A stretch of 64,000 bases of DNA from Promethearchaeota archaeon (GTDB lineage Archaea > Asgardarchaeota > Lokiarchaeia > Sigyniarchaeales > SOKP01). Location of the stretch: positions 64,001 to 128,000 of the forward strand of contig JBHLNF010000003.1 of NCBI GenBank assembly GCA_048937405.1, in the 5' to 3' direction. The notes beneath the pieces are model-generated. The model did no database searches, was not told where the DNA came from, and worked only from the letters and a program-made list of their open reading frames with translations. The stretch's first letter is position 1. Each line of letters opens with the position of its first letter. Below, one piece after another: positions 49,401-61,400 of this stretch. The translations under genes and the position numbers were made by a program.

Positions 49401-52400
49401 GAATTTGGAGTGATATAACCGCTGATCCTAATACATTCGTAATAATAGATATGGGAGTTCCGAGCGAAGCATATATGTTAATAAAAAGTTCTGAAAGTTC
49501 TGGAGGATCTTTATTTTTTTCATCAAAAGATAATACAAGAAATCTCCCTATTCTTACTCATTATCTATACAAATTTCACCAGGATGATGGTCGTATTTAC
49601 ATGCAAAGCAATATAGAAGAACAATTAACTATAAGAAGCCCTGTATATAGCAGTAAAACCCAATTGAAACCTGGAAACATACTTTCTATTGATTGTCAAG
49701 GAACTACTCCGAATGGCATGCACTTGAATCTTTATAACGATGGGCAACTTGTCAAGTCATTTGCAGTGGATGATAACTATAATAGAAAGATTATAAACAT
49801 TTTAATCCCTGAACAACTCATTTTCAACCAATTAGAGTTTACGGGAGCCTTTGTGGAAAATTCGATATTTCAAGTATATGATATTTGGGTAGAAGTGAAA
49901 AACGAGTATAGAGAAAATTTAGAATTTAAGGGATATGATCATGAGATTGTAATAGGACAGCATGTAGATTACGGTCCAATTACATGGCCTCAAGCAAATC
50001 TTTATGAAAGCATGGATAATATATCCTATGGTAAAGTTGATGATGAAAGATACTGGACGATCCGATCTCAGGATATCGATAACAATCAGCACTTACAAGT
50101 GGATATTTTATTTTTCAATACTATAAATCACGAGGAATTGGATCATATTGAAATCAACTTGGAGGGGTATTGTACCTATGCTCAATGGCTTGAGAATGCA
50201 ATATTTTATTTTATGAACTACAGAACTGGTGTTTATGAAGAAATGATCCCTTCAATCAATGGGGATACACTTACTTTCACAATAACAGATGGCAAGAAAT
50301 TAAACAACAGAAATATTTTGATTCGTATTGATATCACATGGCCTAACTCGGATTCTTATTTTGAATTAAATATCGATCGACTGGTCGCTACAACCTATGA
50401 TAAGTGGAAAGCAGATCATGATGTGTACCGTTTAGTGTACACCCTTGAAAGAAGACCAGATGGCTATGATGATGGACAGGTATGTTTCTCAGTAAATGAT
50501 AATGTAGCGATCAACATACTAGATAATCAATTTTCTCCTTCGGGATTCGGATATAAAGATAAAGTGTATTTCTACTATGATTTTTCAACCAACATGTGGA
50601 ATATATACCTCCAAAAAGAAAATCCTCCCCAAATTCAACCGTTATTATCTCTTTATGATCCCAATCCAGTATTTCGCGCAATTCCCAGGATCGAAACATT
50701 ATATTCTGATACAGATCAGGGTATTAAATTATATTCCATAGAATCTCAGTTCTTGAAGCGCATTTCTTCGGAAGAAGATTTCATCAAGTATAAAGCCTTG
50801 GTTGAATCCTATAAGACAGAAGGGTATGTTGATATGTTAAACATTGATTATCAAGACTTTTTATTTACTCCTGAGAATACATTTACGCAGCTCAGTTCTG
50901 ATATTGATATATTTTATAGCTTTAATGATGCAATGAAAGAGCAAAATGTATACAGTTATGAAATGCTACCTTCATTTATGAATGAGGATCAAGCAGATCT
51001 TTTTGATTATGAGTATGATTCCTTTTTAGAGAAAAATTATATAATAAACGGAGATGAGCAGGCATCAATTGAGGGTTGGTATAACGTCTCGGTGGTCAAT
51101 GATTGCAGTTTTCCAGCATATGCTTGGCTACTTCCAAAGAGTACTGTCTCTAATGATGGATTTGAGATTATGGGAGATGAAACTACTATACATGGGGCGC
51201 TAGATGATACAGGAGACGATAATTCTTATTCAGGAGGCGGAACAAAAATTTACGGGTACAATATGGACACATGTGAACTTGGGTTTGGAACAGGTCATGA
51301 TATTCCGACTGATAGTACGGTAACCGCATTAAAGGTAATTATAAAATGGGCTGGTGCTAGTTATGGGACTATTGTGAGATTTAAAAAAGGTGGGTTTATT
51401 TCATCATGGAAAAGTATCTCATATTATACGTGTTGGGAATATAGATGGTCTTTATTATATTGGGATGACTTGAGTTTAACCGATGTTAATAGTATAACAG
51501 TCGAAATTAAAGCTCAAGATTACACGGGTATATTTATAGATGCTTTATTTGTAGATTATGATTTTTCTGTTCCAGTTTCTAATGATGATGAAGAAAAATT
51601 GGGAGGCTTTGGAAGTCCTCCTGATGATAAAACATATACTGTATCACGTGGAAGAGTCGCCTATAGTAATTATGATACAAATTATCAGCATGTAGCTCCT
51701 GATACTCTTTATACCTTTTATTATTTTGATGATCATTATGATGAGACAATTGCACCAGATTGGTGGAAGGCAACTGGGGATCAAAAAACCGCCTATTTTT
51801 GGGCGCGTAGTTACGGGAAAGATGTTGGTGATCCTGGAGGAGTGCATATGGAAGTTATCCAAGAATTTAGATATTACACTGATTGGACAAGTGGAGATCC
51901 TCTTCCAGATGAAATCGATATAAATTTGAATATGAGGGCTTGGGGTTCTTCTGGATCTGATGATGATAGTCATCATCCTTCCTATCATTATACCAATATA
52001 GAAATTTATAATTACAGGTTAAGTGAATGGCAACATTTCAAAAACGTTCCTCTAAGTTCTAGCTCTGGACCTTTCTCGTGGATCAATATCAATATAAAAC
52101 CCTATACTGTGTATGGTGGATATGATGCATATTTGTATCGTCCTGAAGATTATTTAACATCGAGTGGAGAATTTAAATTTCGCATATACTCCAAGTCACA
52201 TTCATGGGGTCTATATAGGACTAGTACAAATGGGGTAGAGTTAGACTATTTATCTGTAAAGGTGTCTTATCTTCCGAAATCGGAGATACATTTCACATTT
52301 AATGATCCAGATATTACAGACGGGGCAAACGATTTCATTCTTTTATTTGAAGGAAAGACTACCCAAGGAACATATAGTGGAGTAGATCCTTGGACAGCAC

Positions 52401-55400
52401 AATTACACATCGGTGATAGAGTAGTATCATTTGGTAACCAAGAGGTCACGATACTTGAAGAAGACTCTTTCTTAGTAAGAAACGTAGATGATGTCTATAT
52501 TACTTTTGCTGCTGATAAACGAATAGGGGAACCTGACCGTACGATAATTCTCGATCAGTTACAGTTGTTTTTACTCAACGAGACGCGAATAAAAGTTCAA
52601 AATGATTATGAGATATTTACAGGACCGCACCTTTCTCACAGTAATATGGAATTAGTTGGCGGTAATTGGGGCAATGAACCGTTCCTCGGCAATAATACGA
52701 TACATTATACCGCCCATAAATCACTGAAAACTCCCGTATTCGGAAGATCAGATGATGATGTGTATGTAAATCTCGAGCTCGAGGATTTGAAGTTTCAGTT
52801 TGAGGTGTTCCCACCAGAGGAATATCCGAATTTTCCAACAAATGAACCCAATGTTGAAGGAAATTATGATGACTATGATATATATTCACTGGATTATGAA
52901 ACAAGTAGGTTCAAGAACACGGCATTGGATGATATTCAAATCCCATTGATATCTCCTTTTGAACTGAATATAGGAAATTTAGATATAACGGATATTTATA
53001 ATCTAGAACTTAAGTTGGCGCTTGATGTAGATATCGAACTTGAAAACCGCGCATATGATAGCATCTGGAGTTGGAGATGTAGATTAGTAATGTATAATTA
53101 TACTTCTGGCAAGTGGCAGGATATCGATGCTGTAATCAGGGCGAGACATCTTTTTGAAGACAGGGATGTGTGGTCTCCAGAAGATTTTTCTGATCATCCC
53201 CTTGCCTATATTCAAAATACAACGCAAAATAGATTTTTACCAATAAAAAACTCAAATGACATAGAACTGAAAAATCCATTCAGATTGTTAAATCTGAATT
53301 CAGATGTGATACAAGACGGTATTATGAAGCTTGCATTTATTTCGTACATACTTCCTGGTGATTTGTGTATCGATTCATGGGGATACTTCAGGTATGAACG
53401 CAGCGATCCGAACATTCCTATTAGGGTTTCTCAATCATTAGATATAATGGATTGTATATTCATGTGGGATACAAAAGAAACACTGTACGCAGAAACTTCT
53501 GTAGTGACATCTTTAGATACCTACAACAATAGAGTAAACCTAAGTGAAATAAGTAATCTAGGAGAAATCTTAACATTAACGGGAGTAGTATATCAAGACG
53601 GATCGATACAACGATATCCAATTTTTGATTATATTATAAATGATGATAATGAACTTCGATTTATTTCTTCTTTCATTAAAGAAGAATTGATAAACGAAAT
53701 AGAAGTAGAATATGTTCCTGATGTAGTACTTATACATAATCCTTCTGGTCTTCCGCAGTATGATGGAATGTGGTATATGCCGAATTCTTCTCTTGTCGGT
53801 GCTTATAATTTCAGTTCCCCATTTTTCGTAAGCGAGTTATGGGTCAATACTACATTATACAATACATGGATGGGTACTGAAGATGTAGGATATGTTGTGG
53901 ATTCCAATGACTACGGTATGTATGTTAAATTTGATAATGATCCTCATCCTGATTCCAATGTACACGGATCTATAAGATATGAAAATATCAATGAAACCTC
54001 ACTAGTTTCAACTTTTACGGCAGGAGATGAATTATTGTATAAGTATGATGTGTTGGAAAGTGATCAGGAGATCATTGATGGTATATTGCATGTAAATATG
54101 AAAAGCGGTCTTGATGCTCTCTATTTAGATAGAAAAGTGCTTTCTGAAAGTTATGAACTTGTATTTCATCTATGGTGTATTGATAGCATGGGAAACAGGG
54201 ATTTTATTACGGTGTTTTCACATGATATAAATAAATATGACTTAGGAGTTCAAGATCGGGTTCTTGACATCACTATAGGAGATCTTAATTTATCACCAAC
54301 AGAATTGGCATTATTGAGCAAGTCATTAACAGAAGGGTATGATTTAATTGTTGAGGTAAATTCTACTATGGCTGGATGCGAAGTCATAGGAGCCACTTTT
54401 CAAGGGAATTATATTCAGGAGTTAACAGATGTAGATTTTAAAGTGAAAGCTCATGAAGCCGAACTGCATATCAATAATACGGTTGTAGAAGTTCCATATG
54501 TTGAAGAGTATCATAATAATGCGATGTTAACAAAAGTTGCGCCATCTGTTTTCATGTTTGATGCACTCAGGTATGATACTGAGTTTTACATTACGGATCT
54601 ACGTACGGATTCAGAATCGATTCCAGAAGATGAGTATATACTCAATATAGATCAAAATATAATTATATTACTCGGGGTTGATTGGAGTGATTATTCTGGA
54701 TTGCTTTTTGCTGATGTGGTATATAAATTATTTGAATGGCACGACGGTTCTGTAATAACACTGGAACCCATTACGTTAACCTTTCAAGGTGATTTCATTA
54801 ACAATATTGTGGATAATTTGTGGCTCGGTATTGAGTTTGACCCAAACTGGATACCAGGATATGAGATAACACAAATAAACGAGCAATCTGGTAAACGAGT
54901 TATCACTGCCAAAGAGAACGGAGCCGAATACATCGAATTTTACTTCTATAATTATATAGATGAAGTATGGGAAAACACTAAATTCGTTACTTATGATGGT
55001 ACATCATTTAATCAATTTGAATATGTTATTGATAGGAACTTTATCTTATTTGAGAAGTTCTTCAACCGTACAGATGTCCAAAACGAATTTGAAATGCAAA
55101 TGATGATAGGCCTTGATGAAGATCTTAATCAGTACCAATACATTTCTTCAACAACAAGATTTAAAATAAATGATATACAAACAATGATTTTCTACTCTCC
55201 ATCAAATGAAGGCCGAGTTGTAAGTCCAGAAGTACACTTTGATGTTGATTTAACTGAATATTTTGATAAGAATATAGACATCGATGAAATTGAACTTTCA
55301 TTAGAATATTTCAGTGAGTTAAATATGAACCAAACGATGATTTTTGCTGAACATGCATTGATTGAGGAAGGATATCGCTTTTACATCCAAAATGAGTATT

Positions 55401-58400
55401 TAGAATTTGAGGAATTTATATTAGATGATAATAAAGTACGCATATCCAAAGAAGTGTTAGATGCTAACTTGTTCTATGATATTAACGCTCAGAAGTATTT
55501 ACTACGGTGTAAATTGGAATATTTCTGGGATTGTTTCTTCATCATTAATTTTGCAACAGGTAATAAACTGGAAGTCGTTGCTGAATTGACATTAGATAAA
55601 TATGATCTTAGTGTATTTTACACGAAGTATGAGACGACAAGGATATCAGCAGATGAGTATGATATACCCTTTGATATGGCCGCTATTGATGCACCGAATT
55701 ATATTGAAAATGTTGTTGAAGGACATTATCCAGCGACCTACAGTTTTGAAAATGAAGTTGGCGAAACTGATACAAATATTGAGTGGATCGATGATGTTTA
55801 TTCTGGAGCTCATGCAGAAATAATTAATAGTCATCAAGGTCATAATGCAGTTTTGGAATTTAATGTCGATGCTGGTTATCAATATGCAAAAATAAACGAT
55901 TTAAACCTAGATCAAGATTCTGGAACAGTTGAATTTTGGCATCTCTATGACACAGAGACCTTTCAATGGCAATTTAGAGACTTTAGTGGCAATTATTTAT
56001 TCCAGATTAGAATTACTCCTACCCATATTACATTCTACTATGACGGAACTACTTCATATATTATTGATACTACCACCGAATGGGTACATATCAGAAGTGA
56101 CTTTGATTGCGCGAGTGATTCAGTAAGTTTTTATGTAAATGATTTTCTTATTGTTGACAATCAACCACTGGATAATAATAATTCATTAAATCAGGTGATT
56201 ATTCAAACTAATTCTAATTCAGCAAGCCGATGTTATGTTGACGCAATAGGTTATTCTTGGGATATCAATTATATAATTAATGATAATAAACATGAAGATA
56301 CAAAAGTAGCAAAACTTCTTGCAAATGATCAAGAAATTGATATAGGAGTGCTTGGTGGATTTCTTAGGAATATTGATTCACGACAGAGATTAATGTTAAG
56401 GCAAAAACTCTTCTATAATTTTACAGAAAGTGAACTTGACAGTTTTCAAATATTATTGGATCAAAAATATTCAGATGTACAACTAAGATTCATGAATCCA
56501 ATTGGTTGGTTAGAATACCCTATTAATGATCGATTTGGTAAATATAGCACCTCTATTTCAGTTCCGATCTATCCTGATGATTTTAATTTAATTAACGGAT
56601 TATTAACGAGGCAAGGAAGTCTTTTGGGTATCAATAACGATTATCATACAATTGTATCAGAATTATTACGAACCGAGTATCTAAAATTAAGCGAAATGCC
56701 AATAGCAGGTGACTTTAATATCACTTTGAACTGGGGAGATCTTGAGTATATTAATGGGGATTTTGCATCATTTGCTTCCGAAATTTCAGGTTCGTATTAT
56801 AGCAGTGATTATAAAATTCCTAACCAAGTACAATTCTCATTTACTGAAGGTGTGTGGAACTACTATGATAAAGGAGCTCTCAACTATGATGATAATCAGA
56901 ACTCAATGATTACCGCAACATCAAGTAATAGTAGTTCAGAATACGAAATTCCAGTATACGGACATTATCCTGCTACCTATAGTTTCGAAAATGAGATACC
57001 AGAAACTTCGGGAACAGATATAGGTTTTGTAGATCAATCGAGTGGAAATGTAGAGATTATCGATAATTTTAACAATCATTATCATGTTATTGAAGTAAAT
57101 GATACTGACTCATCTGGACATTATTTCAGACATAATATTCCGACAGCGCTATCTGAAGGGTCTATAGAATTTTGGATATGCGCATCCGATGTTACTCAAG
57201 AAGTAGAGATCAAACTTATGAATACAATCACAACAACTGTTTGTAGAATTCATATTTTAGCTGATAAATTTCAAGCATTTTATAATTCTCAATGGAATGA
57301 TCTAACCACCATTCCTTATGATAACACATGGTATCATATAAGAATAGATTGGGAGCAAATTAATAATAAATTTTCTGTTTTTATAGATGGTGTAGAGGAG
57401 GTTTCATATAAAACAGTTGAGGATAACGGTAATGTGAAATCATTCCAAATGATGAGTCAAACCACAGATCAAAACTATTTAATATATTTTGATGCATACG
57501 GATGCCCTGAAGAAGATTTAAGCTACACTCTCGGCGATAATAAAAAGGAAAGCGGTAACTTTAATGTAATTACAGGAAATCTCATCTATGGTGATCTTGC
57601 CGATATAGATAGCCAGGTATCAACTATATCAGTTACAGATCCAGGTCTTCCAATGATACAAGGGTGGGATTATGTACGAGATATTACATTAAGTCCACCA
57701 ACCCCAGAAGATAACTATCAGGTAAAGGTGCAATTAGATAGCTCAAACTTTGATTATTCTAAAGTAAAATCAGGTGGTTCTGATTTACGATTTTATGCTA
57801 GTGGCGTATTGTTGAATTATTGGATAGAGTCATGGGATATAACAGGATATTCTCTTATATGGGTAAATGTCCCAGATGCAGGAACGTCTGTGATTAACAT
57901 GTATTACGGAAATTCTGCAGCAGTGGCAATGAGCAACGGGTCGGCGACATTTCCTTTTTTTGATGATTTTGAAGGAACAAGTTATGATAACAATATATGG
58001 TATGAAGTATATGATACTACTGGAGAAATTAAGGAAAGATATGTAAATGTATCTGATAGTATAGCTGAATTATATATAGAACTTGACCCAGATGATTGGG
58101 GTGGACAATATACTCCAGAGATGCGGTGGGAAAGAAGTGCTGTTGGATGGCTTGATTTCTGGTCAACAGGGGGGACTTATGGAAATAGGTATCCGAATAG
58201 TCTTTGTTTCCTTGAAGACGATACCATGACAAGGAGGGATGGTGGAGAGATTGAAACAACTAGCAATGTTGCAGCTTCTGAATGGGTTTGGACTATTAAA
58301 GAGGTTGTTTGGATCAATTCTTCATCAGTCAAGTTTTATGAAAATGATACTTTTCTATCAGAGCACACAAATTCTAACGCTATACCAATTTCTGAAACAG

Positions 58401-61400
58401 TACCGATACAATTTTATCTCGGCTGTGGATCCTATCCAAACGGTTGGGATCATATGCTAGGTTTAGAGTCTATTGATAACACTCTCGGTGCTGAAGGTAG
58501 AGCTCTAAGAAGTTTTACTTTAAATGAGTGGAATGAAGCTACTGATGACGATATTCTCATATGTCTAATTGATTGGGTCTTTATTTATAATATTAATGAA
58601 ACGGAGTCAGTCGCTAGCATAGGATCTGAGTCCTTACAGGAATATTCTGTAAATGCAGAAATTGAGTGGTCTGTTGATGATCTAAATCTTATATCAATGG
58701 ATTATTTAAGTTTTGAATATGATGATATTCCAGAGGGGTGGAATTATTTAGGGACTCATTTTGATGTACAGGCTCAAGATGGGCGTCCAATGGGAATTAC
58801 CTGGGATGGTACACATTTTTGGGTTGTTGGAGATGGTAATAGTGAAGTTTATCAATACACAACTGCGGGAGTGTATTCCGGTACTCATTTTGATGTAGGA
58901 AGTCAAGCTAATTACCCAGTTGGAATCACTTGGGACGGAACATATTTCTGGATTGTATGTACATCAAATGATGAAGTCTATCAATACACAGCTGCGGGAG
59001 TGTATACTGGTACTCATTTTGATGTAGCAGGTCAAGATACGAGTTTAGGTGATATTATATGGGATGGAACTTATTTATGGGTTTTAGGATTTGTTAACCA
59101 AGAAGTATATCAATATACGACCGCAGGGGTGTATACCGGAGTTCATTTTGATGTTACAGGTGATAGTGGAATCACATGGGACGGTATCAATTTCTGGGTC
59201 CTTTCAGATAGTAATGATGAAGTTTATCAATATACAGCTACGGGAGTGTATACTGGTGTTCATTTTGATGTAGGAAGTCAAGGAAATCAGATAATAGGTA
59301 TTACATGGGATGGAGGAAATTTATGGGTTATGCATGGAGAAGGACCAGGAGGAGGTAATCCAGAAGTTTACAAATATATATTCTTTGAATTTAATTTTGA
59401 TATATGGAATTATAATGCTGAAGACTGGCAGGATATTTCAAATGAAACTAGTCCATTTGCACTGACTACCGATCATTATAATAGCAGCAATACTTTAAAG
59501 GTTCGTTATATAGCTTATTCTGGTAGTCCTTTTAATATCACCATTGACCAATTACACATTGATTATACACAAGCTACTGATTATATGGTTGATGCGGTAG
59601 CAGAAATAACCATTCAGGATGATGTGATGTATGAATATCAACAAACAAGTGCTAAACAACCAGCAAATACACACTTATGGTGGGAACTTGGTGATGGTGT
59701 ATTTTATCTTGTAGATTCAACCGATCAGTCCAAATTGTATGTGACATTGGATGAAGGGAAGACCTGGGCTCAGGTAGATGTCGATCCTTCGGATACTTCA
59801 GGAGATAGTAAATCGCGAGATCATAAGATTCATTCTGCTTGGCATGATAGAATAAATAAGATTATCTGGTTTTTGGATTGTGATAATGGTGGTACTGCTG
59901 ATAATTTTGATGTTTGGAAATTAGATTATACAGTAAGTAAAACGAGTCCAACTGTAACGGAAGTAGGGACTTCAAGTGGGGCAGATGCAAATAGTGTGTA
60001 TGCTTATGATATTTTTATGATTGGTAGTAATGTGTTTGTTATAAATTTGGAAGAACGTTCTTATACTCAAACTATGGTAATTTGGGACGTAGATACTGCT
60101 CCTTTTACTGAGAAAGATACAGATACAAGCGAAGGTGTAAATAGAAACACATATATGTTTGGTGCAGTCGTAGGAAACATTTATTATAATTGCTTCGAAG
60201 TCGATAGTTTTAAAGTATTTGAATATAATGACTCTGCAACCACAATCTCATGGACATCAGAAGCATTATATACTCCCCCTTCTAACAGTAATTTAAAAGC
60301 AATGACGTATGATGGTTCAGATGTAATTTATATGATTGGAGATAGATGGGTGGTTGATCGATATGTAAACTATTTACTTTCTTATTCAATTTCAGGAGGT
60401 TCATGGACGGTAGGAGGAGAAGAAACTAATGTTGCATTAATGCTTAATAGAAATGCAGAAGGGTGTGCAAAAGCATATCATCTCGAAAATGGAACTATAT
60501 ATTATATCACCACAAACGGTCTTGAAGTAATGTATGACGGTAGTTCTTATTTTGATGATGATGTTATCGCAATTACTGATACTTATATTATGACTGATAG
60601 TGATATTATTTACAAACTTATCGGGCAAAATGATATAAATATTGAATCTGTAGACTATCTATTTTTTGACCATATTGCATCTGTAGGCACCAGCTTTTTT
60701 GTTTGGAATTATACTGCAGGTTCATGGCAAAATATTTCCAGTGAGTCAAGTCCTTATTCTCTTAAAACCGATCATTATGATGGAAATTACACTATACTTG
60801 TGCGATATCTCACAGGAGTATCTATCAGTTCATTTGATTTGGATATTGATCAATTAAAAGTAAATTACACGAAACTCGCTAATCTCTATGATGTACATGC
60901 TGAGGTGGTGTGGGATATTACGGAAGTTATTCAATCAGTGGAATATTTGATGTACTCGCATAAAACTTCAAGGGATGTAAACTGTACAATGGAAATTTGG
61001 GACTTTACCTCTCAGGAATGGGATCTGGTAAACAGCTCTATCAACTCTATTGGATTTTTCAACACATCCTTTGATTTGAGCGATCCTCGATACCGTAATG
61101 CAACCAATCATGTGAAAATTCGGTATACAACTAAGGGGCTTCCTACAGAATTTAATCTTCTCATTGATAGATTGCGGGTGGATTACACCTCAATAGATGA
61201 GATTTATGGTATTGATGTTGAAGTTACATGGAATGTCTCAGATGAACTTTTCTATTCATTAGATTTCTTGAAATATTCCTATAGAACTAATGAGTCAATT
61301 GATGTAGATCTTGATATTTATAACTACACCTCGCAATCATGGGTAGGTATAGAAAGTGTAATAAACTCAGAGGTATTTAATGATGAATCATTTACGCTCA

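Noticed and set aside
58736-59377. CRISPR array
   Set aside because: Periods are multiples of 3 (129/117 bp), the repeats are degenerate and protein-coding, there are no unique spacers, and there are no cas genes.
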